Shown here: piece after piece, positions 1 to 11,950 of the stretch
How positions within the stretch are numbered: the first letter of the stretch is position 1
Layout: every line of letters starts with the position of its first letter
NCBI GenBank assembly: GCA_052327205.1
Contig: CM126208.1
Location: 254,944,001-255,008,000, forward strand
DNA from: Somniosus microcephalus
Taxonomy: Eukaryota
Direction of reading: 5' to 3'
DNA: 64,000 nt
The notes under the pieces: model-generated
The model's database searches: none
What the model was told of the DNA's origin: nothing
Seen by the model: the letters and a program-made list of their open reading frames with translations, nothing else
Translations under genes and position numbers: made by a program

Positions 1-1290
1 AGTACAGGAGCAAGGATGTCTTGCTGCAGTTGTACAGGGCCTTGGTGAGACCACAACTTGAATGTTGTGTGCAGTTTTGGTTGCCTTTATCTGAGGAAGG
101 ATGCCCTTGCCATGGAGGGAGTGTAGCGAAGATTCACCAGACTGATACCTGGGATGGCAGGACTGACGTATGAGGAGAGATTGGGTCGATTGGGCTTATA
201 CTCGCTGGAGTTTAGAAGCATGAGAGGGGATCTCATTGAAACTTATAAAATTCTAACAGGACTAGACAGACTAGATGCAGGAAGGCTGCTCCCGATGGCG
301 GGGGAGTCCAGAACCAGGGGTCACAGTCTAAAGGGCCTAGAAATTGGGTTCTGGTCTTGCCAGGGCTGTAGCGCCAGAAAGTTTGCGCCAGCGGTAATGC
401 GGCAGCGCCCGACAAAAATTCGGGTGCGCCGGGCCCAGACGGCGGCGGGCGCTAAAACCCTCCTTTAGCGCCTCAAAACGGGCGTGAACTTGGGTTTCCC
501 GGCGCTAATCCCCCGCTGCGGCACCCGATGCGGTGCGGCAGGCGGGGGAACTGCAGGCCTCCTCCTCCTGTTAAGGAGGAGCTGCCTGCAGCCGACAACT
601 GTCCGGCGGATTGACCCGACATCTGAGCCCGGCACCTCGGGGAAGTGCCGGGCTCGCATGAGACACTGATCAGGGCCGCGGGGGGGGAATGCAGGAGTCC
701 GAGAAGGGAGGTGCGGGCAGGCGGCCGCCGGGAACGCGGCCGGCCGCCGCTCCACCTTTATGCGCCGGCGCACACTGGGGGAAGACTCTGTTGCCAGAGT
801 CTTAGTTGCGCCTGCCACGGGCGAGGCGGGCGCAACTGAATTTCGGCTTGGGGCCGGGTTACCACGGCAACCGGGACGCTGCGCACACCGATGGCGTCAT
901 CGGTGCCGGCGCAGCGCTACCGGTCTACCGCCGCGGAAGGGCCCCAGGCAATTTAGGAACCGGCGCCAATTGCAGCGCTAGGCCCTCTAGCGCCGCAAAA
1001 TCGGCGCTAAGGGCACTGAATTTCTAGGCCAAGGGGTAAGCCATTTAGGACAGAGATGAGGAGGAATTTCTTCACCCAGAGAGTGGTGCACCGGTGGAAT
1101 TCTCTACCACAGAAGGCAGTTGAGGCCAATTAATTAAATATATTCAAGAAGGAGTTAGATATATTTCTTAAGGCTAAAGGGTTCAAGGGATATGGGGAGA
1201 AAGCAGGGACAGGGTACTGAATTTGGATGATCAGCCATGATCTCATTAAATAGCGGAGCAGGCTCGAGGGGCCGAATGGCCTACTCCTGC
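1..1290 (+). mobile_element. CR1-type LINE 3' part (HER1-like), split by a MITE at 334-1030
   Basis: Translates to CR1 ORF2 C-terminal motifs (YEERLGRLGLYSLEFR..RGDLIETYKIL); resumes after 1030 with RNFFTQRVV-type sequence and the 3' tail ending ...tatgtttctatg. Confidence 0.9.
334..1030. mobile_element. GC-rich non-autonomous DNA transposon (PIF/Harbinger-like MITE), family A copy 1
   Basis: TIR ggcctagaaatt...aatttctaggcc; 3-bp flanking duplication aag/aag; interrupts a CR1; many tagcgcc/ggcgcta motifs. Confidence 0.8.
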
Positions 1291-1304
1291 TCCTATCTTG
1301 TATG

Positions 1305-3400
1305 TTTCTATGTTATATTGGTTTAGCATAACTTCCTGGCTTTTGTACTCTAAGCCTCTATTTATAAAGCCCAAGATCCCATATGATTTATTAACTGCTT
1401 TGTTAACCTGTCCTGCCATCTTCAAAGATTTGTGCACAAACAACCCCAGGTCTCTCTGTTTTTGCACCCACTTTAAAATTGTACCATTTAGCTTGTATTT
1501 TCTCTCCTCATTCTTCCTACCAAAATGTATCACCTGACATTTTTCTGCGTTGAATTTCTTCTGCCATGTGTCCGCGTGTTTATGTCCTCTTGAAGTCTAT
1601 TACTATCTTCCTCACTGTTTACTACACTTCCAACATTTGTGTCAGCTGCAAATTTTGAAATTGTGCAGTGTACCCAAAGTTCAATTCATTAATGTATATC
1701 AAAAACAGCAGTGGTCCTAGTACTGAACCTTGGGGACCTCCACTGTATACCTCACTCCAGTCCGAAAAGCAGCCATTCACCACAACTCTCTGTTTTCTAC
1801 TCCTCAGATGCTGCTACTTATATCCCATAGGCTTCAATTTTGCTAACAAGCCTAATATGTGGTATTTTATCAAATGCCTTTTGAAAGTCCACCTACACAC
1901 CATCAACTGCACCTCCCTCATCCACCCTCTCTGTTGCCTCATCAAAAAACTCAATCAAGTTAGTCAAACACGATTTGCCCTTAACAAATTCATGCTGGTT
2001 CTCCTTTATTAGTCCATGCTTGTCCAAGTGGCTGTTAAGTTTCTCCCGGATTATTGTTTCTAAAAGCTTCCCCCTACACTGTCGTTAAACTGACTGGTCT
2101 GTAATTGCCAGGTTTATCCTTCTCCCCTTTTTTGAATAAGGGTGTAACATTTGCAATCCTCCAGTCCTTTAGCTCCATCCCTGTATCTAAGGAGGATTAG
2201 AAGATTGGGGCCAGCACCTCCGCAATTTCTACCCTTACTTCTCTCAGCAACCTAGAATGGATCCCATCCGGACCGGGTGACTTATCTACTTTAAGTACTG
2301 CCAGCCTTTCTCGTACCTCCTATTTAACAATTTTTATCTCATCCAGTATCCCAGCAACCTCCTCGTTCACCGTAGCTTTGGCAAAGTCCTCTTCCTTGGT
2401 AAACACCGATACAAAGTACTCTTTTGGCACCTCAGCCATGCCGTCTGCCTCCACTAATAGATCTCTATTTTGGTCCTAATCGGCCCCACCACTCCTCTGA
2501 CAACCCTTTTATTGTTAATATGCCTACAGAAGGCCATTGGATTCCCCTTTATGATAGCCGCCAATCTATTCTTGTACTCTCTCTTTTTCACTTCTCTGTA
2601 CTTTTTATATTCAGCCTGATTCTCCCTTGTATTATCAAGCTGACATCTGTCATATGCCCCCTTTTTCTGCTTCATCCTACTCTCCAACTCCTTTGTCATC
2701 CAGGGAGCTCTGGCTTTGGTTGCCCTCCCTTTCCCCCTTGTGGGAATGTACCTGTGTGGAGTTTGCACATTCTCCCCGTGTTTGCGTGGGTTTCCTCCGG
2801 GTGCTCCGGTTTCCTCCCACAGTCCAAAGATGTGCGGGTTAGGTTGATTGGCTATGATAAAAATTGGCCCTTAGTGTTAGGGGGGATTAAATACGTGGGG
2901 TTACGGGGATAGGGCTTGGGTGGGATGGCTGTCGGTGTAGGGACCGGGTGCTAGGGTTTGGATGATCAGCCATGATCTCGTTGAATGGTGGAGCAGGCTC
3001 GAAGGGCCGAATGGCCTACTCCTGTTCCTATCTTCTATGTTTCTATGTTTTACCTCGACTGTACCCTCTTTAAAGGCTGCCATTGCTCCTCTGTACTTTT
3101 TATATGAAGCCTGATTCTCCCTTGTATTATCAAGCTGCTTTCTGCCACATGCCCCCTTTTTCTGCTAAATACGTTTGAATACCTCCCACTGTTTTTCTGC
3201 AGGTTTATCTGTTAACAGCTCAGCCTAATTTAACAAGTTCAGTTTACGTCTCATTCCTTCAAAGTCAGTCTAATTTATGTTTAAAAGCTTGGTTTGTGCA
3301 TGATCTTTCTCTTTCTCAAACTTAATGTTAAACTCGATTAAGTTATGGTCACTGTTTGCAAGATGCTCCCTCACTGTCAGCTCTATTAATTAATACTGTC
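1305..3400 (-). mobile_element. Degenerate CR1-type LINE (ORF2 RT region)
   Basis: Minus-strand fragments IHFGRKNEERKYKLNG..QRDLG..ILGFINRGLEYKS and RAPWMTKE; frameshifted. Confidence 0.85.
2753..3046 (+). mobile_element. V-SINE (HE1-like) core with CR1-derived 3' tail, 5' truncated
   Basis: gtggagtttgcacattctccccgtg...gggtttcctccgggtgctccggtttcctcccacagtccaaagatgtgc is the V-domain; tail ...gggccgaatggcctactcctg...ctatgtttctatg. Confidence 0.8.
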
Positions 3401-3799
3401 TCAATACTCATTATTTAATCTGGTATGGAAGACTGTTTTAAAATTAGTAACAAAGGGGTTTAGATTAAGTACTATTCCTAGAAGATTGAAGGGGAAAGTT
3501 AGAGGCATTTTTTCACCAGGGACATGGAGTGCTTTATCACAAGTGGCTATTGAGGCAAAGACCATCATATAATTTAAAATGGAATTGCATACCACCACAA
3601 GCACGACAGGCTGAATGGTCTCCTTCTGTGCTGTACTTCCCAGCATCAGTGTATCACTTTGTCTCTAATACTGTTGGATTATAATTGTAAGATGGCACAC
3701 AGCAATGTTTCACTTCATTTATAAAGCTTAAGACACAAATGAAGAACAAGACAGATTTTTGGACCAACATCAAATAATAAGCTTGTGTGGCAGGGAAGG

Positions 3800-3826
3800 C
3801 AGAAAGGAATGAGAGACAGAGAGAAA

Positions 3827-3858
<32 letters not shown>

Positions 3859-4055
3859 AAGGGAAACAGCTAAAAAGAAAAAAGTGAACACGTACAATGT
3901 TGGAGAAAGACAGCAAGGGGCAGCAAAAACAGAGTGAGAGAGTACAAGACACAAACAGACAGACAGACGGGGAAAGGAGATGAGCAAACTCTCAGAGAAA
4001 GACAGATGCAGAAAGATGGGCATGTAGACAAAGGGAAAGCCACAATGAGACACAA
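3800..4055. repeat. GA/purine-rich low-complexity tract with (GA)n and (GACA)n
   Basis: Direct reading of sequence. Confidence 0.75.
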
Positions 4056-4127
4056 AAATCACTATGGTCTGTCCCTGGTTCCACTTGATTTGAACGTACA
4101 GAAACCTTCTGCTGAACAAAAGATCTA

Positions 4128-4828
4128 GGCCTAGAAATACAGTGGGCCTTGCGCCCACTTAGCGCCTAAAGAGGTCTTCTGCGCCGGCGGGGTTGGTAGC
4201 GTGGAAATTGAGTGCAGCGTTAATGGCGGCGGTAGCCGGTAGCGCTGCGCCGGCACCGATGACGTAATCGGTGTGCGCAGCGCCCCGGTTCCGCCCCGAT
4301 GCCGGCCCGACGCCCATATTCAGTTGCGGCCGCCTCTTCCGCAGCGGCCGCAAACAACGTTCGTGAAACACGGCCTTCATGCAGCGTTAGTGGGGCGCAT
4401 AAAGGTGGAGGTGCAGCCGGCCGCTTTTTCGGCGGCCGCCTGCCCGCACCACCCTCCCCGGCCTCCTACACCACCCCCCCCGCGGCATTGGTGGCTGATT
4501 CCCGCGAGCCCGGCACTTCTCCGTGGTGCCGGGCTCATTTGCCGGCAGAATCCAGCGGCGATCTCACGGCTGCAGGCAGCTCCTCCTTAAGAGAAGGAGG
4601 AGGCCTGCAGTACCCCAGCCTGCCGCACCGCATCGGGTGGCGCAGCGGCAGCTGGAGCGCTGAAATTCACTTTCAGCGCCCCAAGCGGAGGCAGGCACAC
4701 CCTGGAACAGCACCCGGTTCCGACTTGGGGCGCTAAAAGTGAATTTCTGGCGGGCGCAACGGGCTCCGGGCGCTGCGCAAACTTTTGGGCGCAACTGAGC
4801 TGGCGGGGCCATACCGAATTTCTAGGCC
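4128..4828. mobile_element. Harbinger-like MITE family A copy 2, inverted relative to copy 1
   Basis: TIR ggcctagaaat...atttctaggcc; internal sequence resembles the reverse complement of 334-1030 (e.g. the ctgcaggc..tcctcc..ggaggagg..cctgcag block); no clear TSD. Confidence 0.8.
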
Positions 4829-7359
4829 CATATTTACTAATAGGTATGGCTATCAGCTCAAATAACAATAAAATATTAGTATAGCAAGACACAAGAATGT
4901 ACAGTTCTGTTTAACTGCAGACAATATTGCTACTGCAATCTCTACTAAAGGTTTTCATCCAGTTCTAATAAAAATGTATGGTCAAGAATTACCGATTGAC
5001 AAGTTCTGTAATAATATCTGAAATGGGCATGCTCTATTCAATTTATCCCACCTCGGTCTTTAACCAAACTGGTCACATCACTCCACTGAATGTTTCCAAT
5101 AATTTTATTGGCAACCTAAAGTTATATTGCTACTTTTAGGGGAAAAATATACTTTTATTTCTTCAATCTTAAAAATAGAGGATTTTAACTTTTACCACTT
5201 CAGTGAAAAATGCACACTTTCTGAATATAATTTTAATATTTTATATGGGATTGTGTTCATCACTTGTCTGTAAACATTCATGTTAACAAAGCTAGTGCAG
5301 ATTTTGTCTCAAGCCATAAAATGTATAATTTTGTTTGCAGAGTGCTTTTTAAAAAAAAAAATTAACCGCTCCACAATTTCTGAAAAACTGCGTGAGCATC
5401 TAGGAAGTTAAACCTCAAGTAGCAGCCGACAGGATGTTAAGCTGAGGAGAGGCGCATTGTATCTCAAACCTTTGGTTACAGCAGTAAACTGCAAACTGCT
5501 GACAAGAAATAGATCCCCATTACCAATAATTCGAGCACTTGGGCACTGACAGTGGCTCTGATCATCTGCCTCCCTGAAAGGAGGGTGTTTCCTGCTGTTG
5601 AGAAGGCTACGGATTCCACATTTAGTGCCATGTGCATTGATGTGGTTCCCAGCAGCTGCACACTGACACTTTTTATTCTGGTAAACCACATTTTTAAAGC
5701 TCACGAGAAAATGTTTGTTATGTCTGTCAAAGAGGCAGAATCACTTTTTTTCCCTCCCCCCCACCCCCCCGGCTCTCTGCAGACCACAGTTTAACAACTG
5801 TCAAAACCCACATAAACTCCTGGCAATTAAAGGTAAACTCCTCAATCAATAACACTTACGCAGATGATTGTAATAGTTTTAATTTATTACAACTCTTAAA
5901 CTCAAGTTTTTCCGTAGCTCACCAACAAAAAAGAAAAGCTTTTATGTCCCAAATCATTTTCAGTTCAATTGTGAGGTGAACAAGAGCGTTCATGAATCTA
6001 CATGGCCTTGCATGGCTGTAGGACTGTTTGGCAACATTAAACGCTGGGTAGCACAATGAATAGGTGTACGGGGTCAAGTCCAAATCATTGACAGGAACAA
6101 ATCGTCAGAAAAGAAAATCATATCACATGACGTTTAAAAAAAAAAGACCTTATCCACAACTTGGTGTCACGTATGCCTGGTAATGTTGTGATTGGAGCGA
6201 GCGGTGGGTAAATCACAACTGATCGTCGCGTCATCAAGCTTGGGATGGGGTGGGAGTGGGGGGGTGGGTGAGGGAGATGGAGTGGGGGGTGGGTGAGGGA
6301 GAATGAACCATGTTTTCAGCTCCCGATCACCACACAGTGACTCTGTTGGAAACTGTCTCTGTGTGAACATTGGTCAAGGGAACACGAATGGACTCAGCAG
6401 GGATGTCCTAATGGTTGAGTAATCTTCTCTCACTCACTGCTCAGGCTGACTTATAAAAAAAGTGACCACTTGGGTGAGGACAGACTGGTGTCTGTGTAAC
6501 TTTATTCCAATGTTGAATTACGTCCTTCAAGAAAGAAGGGAAGGAAGCCAGAACAAAACACACTACTATTTTAATACCATTCTCTGACTATCGGACTAAT
6601 TTATTTAGCAGTGCTGCTGAAGTTACACTGAAACAGCTATAACTCTCAATTTCACTGGAAGTAGAAGCAATGTGGAATAAATAAAAATGAGTACAACAGA
6701 AGATAAAGGCCTTCAAATTATGCATAGGGGTAAGATTTTAACTATCGGGTGGCTGACCGGCACATCACCCCATAGTGCTGGCGGGAGGCCTGGTCCATTT
6801 CAAAGGCCAGGCCTCACTAACATAAGCATACTGGGCTGTAGTAGATTTGAATGGAAATTAAAATCAGGCGGTTTCTATAAACAGTGGCCAATCTGCAACT
6901 AAAGTTTGACATCCAAATGGCAAGTTGAAAAAGTTGAAGCCTTGGACAGTTTCATTACTGGTGCTTGTAGTCTACAAGTCCACTGTTAATAGTTTTAGCA
7001 ATGTCTTTTTACTGAAATTACAGACAGTAATGAAATTCAGCATAAATCTAAAGGTACATTTTCTTCTGTGGGTAAAGTTAAATAAAAATGATTTGACCAA
7101 GTTATTATAAAGCAATTACAATTTAGTGGGAAAATATTTCTTTAGCTTCACACGCAGAGGAAAATACACCTTCTTATTTCCTCTAACTCAGCATTCTGGT
7201 TTTTGAATATGCTTTTTGAGCTCGTGGCTGCAACAAATTCCACCCCGTGTCTCCCTTTAATTGTATGCTTATAGTAAGCGTACCTACCATTCCCTTCTGT
7301 ACTTGATGAAGAATCATAAAGGTACCAAGCCATTGTAGCTAGAAAAACTTCATTGGACA

Positions 7360-7655
7360 TTCGACCTCTACCACCTAGAAGGACAAGGGCAGCAGGTGCA
7401 TGGGAACACCACCACCTCCAAGTTCCCCTCCAAGTCACACACCATCCTGACTTGGAAATACATCGAAATATATCGCCATTCCTTCATTTGTCACTAGGTC
7501 ATAATCCTGGAACTCCCTCCCTAACAGCACTATGGGAGGACCTTCATCTCAAGAAGGTGGTGGTAAGCCACTGCCGTCTGTAAGAGCAATTAGGGTTGGG
7601 CAATAAATGCTGGTCTTGCCAGCGACGCCCACTTCCCAGGAATAAATGTTAAAAA
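7360..7655 (+). mobile_element. LINE 3' tail, same family as 33735-34990 and 47700-47970
   Basis: cgacctctaccacctagaaggacaagggcagcagg...gggcaataaatgctgg shared with 47720-47960. Confidence 0.7.
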
Positions 7656-8469
7656 ATTATACGGCAGATAGTCCAATATAATATTTTCTTAGCAAGTCAG
7701 CATCAGAGAATGAATGAAGACTGGCATTTATAGATATAAATACTGATTTAAGACTAATTACACAGACCCTTTATGAAAATATATTTATTTCATTTGCATA
7801 TACTTAGCATGTGGATCTAAATGAAAACATAATTTTCTTTCAGCATCAATCATCTGCGTCAGGTAGTAAATTGAACAGCACATTCGTCAAAAATGTCAAA
7901 CTCATTTTTGATGCAAAATGCAGATAGAAGAAATGGTTGAATATTTCTTGTTAAATATAGCTTTCATTAGCCTTAATAACTGCAGCACAGGATACTACAA
8001 CTATTAAATGCATTTAATAAAAAACAAGTATGTCCCTTTTAGATCCTTGTGCAAAACCACAACAGCAGGGAAGATTCACTCTATAACACGCTGTGATTTG
8101 TTTATTATATATATATATATATATAATGGCACCTTTTTGAACTGTTTCTAATTTAACAACGAAGACATAAATTACATATAACCTGACCATACTGAATGTC
8201 CACTTTTGAGTAAAGGGGGATATATAATTAACTAATTCAGAGACCAAGGAGCTGACAGCTTCAGGACTGTGGATGGGACAAGCCACAGCAAGAGATACCA
8301 CCAACATACTTCTGCCAACACTTGAAGTCACGAGCAAACTCGTGCTGCTTTTTAGACAACAAACCGCAGTAATAAATGGACGAATAAACATCAGTGCCGA
8401 GATTTGTGCCAGTCTTGTCACCATCTGGAAGAGGTGTCTTGCATTAGTAATGATTCACAGTGGCTGCAT

Positions 8470-8760
8470 TATAAAATGCCCCCTTGTTCTAGATTCCCTC
8501 ACCAGAGGAAATAGCTTCTCTGTATCTACCCTATCGAATCCTTTTATAATTTTAAACATGGCAATTAAATCATCTCTCCGCCTTCTAAACTCAAGGGAAT
8601 ACAAGCCAAGTTTATGCAACTTGTCCTCATAACCTAAAAGCCCCGGTACCATTCTAGTGAATCTGCACTGTACCCCCTTTAAGGCCAATATATCCTTCCT
8701 GAGATGCAGTGCCCAGAACTGATTGTAGTGTTTCAGATGAGGTCTGACTAAGGCATCATA
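8470..8760 (-). mobile_element. CR1 LINE fragment
   Basis: ORF VQCRFTRMVPGL..LGLYSLEFRR..DLIAMFKIIKGFDRVD. Confidence 0.85.
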
Positions 8761-9376
8761 TAGGTAAGTGTTAAAGGAAGAGTAAATAACTGAATACTTA
8801 CATTTTGATCCATGGTTAATTTACTTAGCACCTTCTTTCCCCTCTGCATTCAATTCCCACTCTCACCAAGTTCCCATTTTTAACGTCCTCGCTCCAGTTA
8901 CCAGCTCACTCCGTGGGCCAGCTCACACTGCTATGCTCTCTGCTCTCACAGGTATTTACCCTGTTTCAGGAAGGAAACCTGCCATCCTTACCCGGCCTGG
9001 CCTATATGTGACTCCAATCCCACACCAACGTGGCTGACTCTTAACTGCCCTCTGAAGTGGCCTAGCAAGCCACTCCGTTGCATCAAACCACTAACAGCAG
9101 TTGAAAATGGCAGCCCACCACCCCTTCTCAGGGCAACTAGGTGTGGGCAATCAGTGACGGCCTTGTCAGCAACAGCCACATCCCAAGAGAGAATTAAGAA
9201 ACAAACGCAGGTTGCAATTGCATCGCTGCTAAAAATGGAATTGTTGCTGCACCACAACTTGCAGAACACATGTACTACACATTCTCTTAAACCAAGAAAA
9301 AATATTTTGCAAGATAAAAGAGTAGAGCATATTCAAAATCTGAAAGAAGAAAGTGCTACTTATATAGCTTTCAAAC

Positions 9377-9536
9377 CTGCACGATAGGGTGTCCCCCACC
9401 AGATGCCTTTACAGCTCCACGACTGCCCTCTGTCTCATAATGTGCTCTGTGATGCGATTTAGGTTGCACCTGAATCTCAAGCTCATATGGTCCTGAATGG
9501 GATGGCAATTGCCAGTCAAGGGAAGGCAAAGAAGGG
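9377..9536 (-). CDS. NFATC1: NFATC1 coding exon, start of the Rel-homology DNA-binding domain (160 nt, phase 2 to phase 0)
   Basis: [53 protein letters not shown] with the RAHYETEG signature; acceptor ttccttctccttag|C at 9536; donor CAG|gtttga at 9377. Confidence 0.97.
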
Positions 9537-11672
9537 CTAAGGAGAAGGAAATACATTAAATTTAGTGATCTTACAAATTTGCTTTAACCATGCCAAAATA
9601 ACTTAATATATAAAGCCTTAAGTATTTTACATACAAATGATTATAATCAATATTATATTATGAATAGTTAACCAACACCTGTGTAATATATAGCCAGAGG
9701 TTCTTTGAGCGTCATTGGAAATAATCATTTATTTTAATCAATTGAGGAGCAAGGTACTAGTCGCACATCAAGCTATACCACTTGGTCAGGACTGGATTTC
9801 TTTAAAACTTTCAGCAATTAGTATCACAATAAATTTTATTTTAAGAAGTATTAAGCAGTTTTAACTATTATAAATGATCGTCCCATTACAATGGAGCATA
9901 TAAAGGGTTATCTTTCAATCATATCGGTATGTTTACTAGAGTATTACTTTGCATTACTAGGTAAAGGTAAGGCCCTATGTACTTCATTTCCTGTAGCCTA
10001 GATTATAGTTGCTCTACATATGGATCTTGTGCTTGTTCTCAATGATCCCTTAGCTCTGTGTCTGAATGTATGTAAAGCGACCAACTTCTTTAAAAACCGG
10101 CAATGCCCCAAACTACTTGAAGACATGCAAGGTGAATCATTTAGCGGATGACTAAGCAACTTCTACATTATATATAGAACATTATTAAAATGGGCAGTGA
10201 TATAAGCAAACAACATGATGCAAATATGAGAAGCTCCATCATTCACATTTGCTCCCTTGATTCACTACATGGCGCGCACAGGCTCATTTTCTACTGGAAT
10301 GTTTTTATTGATTGGAAAGAGAAAAAAAATGGATATTTACTAGGATTTTTTTAAATATCAGCCACCTTTACAGTAGGTTATAATTCTCATTGTATGAATG
10401 CTTCATTTTGTGTGATTTGGAGTTAAGATAAGTTTGTTTCTCGTGTTAAATGAAGATGAATATAATCCTTTCAAATCCAACACAAAATTACGATGCTAAC
10501 TCATTGAAAAGGCACTTCAAAACTTTGATGTAAAAACATGACTTAAGATATTTTGGTTTCAGATTTTAAAATGATTCCTAACAAGTTTTTAATGATTTTC
10601 CTCCTAAAATTGACATTTAACAACCCACAACATTTTTGTAGGGCTCGCAAAATGTGGTTCTGTAAACCTCTTTCAACTATACTTGGAGATGGTATCAGAT
10701 GCTTTCTACTTTATATTCTTTAATTTCTTCTTCAATATGCCATTAAAATGTATTAAAATATTTCTGTAACCCAAGCAAAGTGAGAAAAATATGTTCAAAA
10801 ATAAACCTCTATAAATCAATAAAAAAAGAAAACAGGTATAAAAAGTTTTTACTAAGTATTTGTCACCTTGAATTTTCACCCAGAAAGGGCAAAATAACAT
10901 TTTCCTCTAACTAATCTAGTCTCATCTTTTTTATAAATGAAAATTGAAAATTTCCCAGGAAATTTAATTTTTAAAAAGGCTAATAATATCTGTACCATAA
11001 AATGCAAGATACGCCCATCAATGTAGCTTTGATAAGGTCTGATAGGAATCAAGATCATTTTAGAACAGCCAATTTCAATATTAACCACAAATAGTTGGGA
11101 GGTACAAGATCATTTTCATATTCATCCTTCAATTTCTGGTGATCTTTTGGCCAAATTTCATTCTTTCATTTTTAATGAACTTCCCAGATTAATGTATTCT
11201 CAAGCCAAGGTATGAGCTGTGGAGCGGATGATTTGGAGGGTGAAGAGGAATCTTTTAACACAAATAGATACCAGAATCAAGGGGGTGAATTTCCACGGCG
11301 GTTTTCCCAATCGTCCTGTGTAACTTTGGCAGAAGAGCCTGCTGAATCCCCAGAAAAATGTCGTAAACAGCATTTCCACGGCTCTTCCCTTGAAGTTATA
11401 GTGGACAAGCAGGAGAACCTAGCAGAAATACATCCTCTAAATGTCTACGTGAGAACCAGCACCTAATGGATACACTCTAGAATCCTCAAGGAAACAGGAG
11501 GGGAAATAGTCTGTGATAGTTCGAATAATTTTGTCAGTGAATGAGTTTATGGTCTCTGATTATTTACTGAGAAGGAAGCCTGTAACTTTTTTTAAATTAC
11601 AAAGTAAAATATTGAGCAACTTTTCTTAGTAATTCATCCTGCATCGGGGGCATAACCTTAAAATGAGAGCTA

Positions 11673-11930
11673 TGTTGAGATACCGCGGCAAACGTGGGAG
11701 TCGAAACCAGAGCTATTGAAAACACAACTGTTTTATTCTAACCACATGGCAAACAGGAACTAGAAAAGCCCGCGCATCCACTTAAATACTTCCCAGACAG
11801 GAAGTGCTCCCGGCAGCCTGTCCCTGCGGGAAACAAGTTGCTGGAGGAAAGGGCCTCCGGCTGGGGGCTTCTGCTTAGACTGTCCGTGCCGCCGTGAGCG
11901 GATTATGTCCAGTGGTGGCGTGTCGCCACA
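11673..11930 (-). repeat. 3' LTR (258 bp)
   Basis: Direct repeat of 15766-16023; preceded on the minus strand by the PPT ggggggagctc (11931-11941); AATAAA at 11732-11737. Confidence 0.97.
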
Positions 11931-11950
11931 GAGCTCCCCCCAGAATCCGC

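Noticed and set aside
2594-3170. ~80-bp local duplication in CR1 (also the ~40-bp tandem duplication at 34693-34775)
   Set aside because: Ordinary small duplications inside decayed LINEs
465-4892. Arg/Pro/Ala-rich ORFs in the GC-rich MITEs (also 53291-53745)
   Set aside because: Stop-poor GC-rich non-autonomous repeats with no transposase motifs
1-9376. Next NFATC1 exon (LHGY..LQLFIGTADDR)
   Set aside because: Not found in the ORF track or by eye; probably lies beyond the window start
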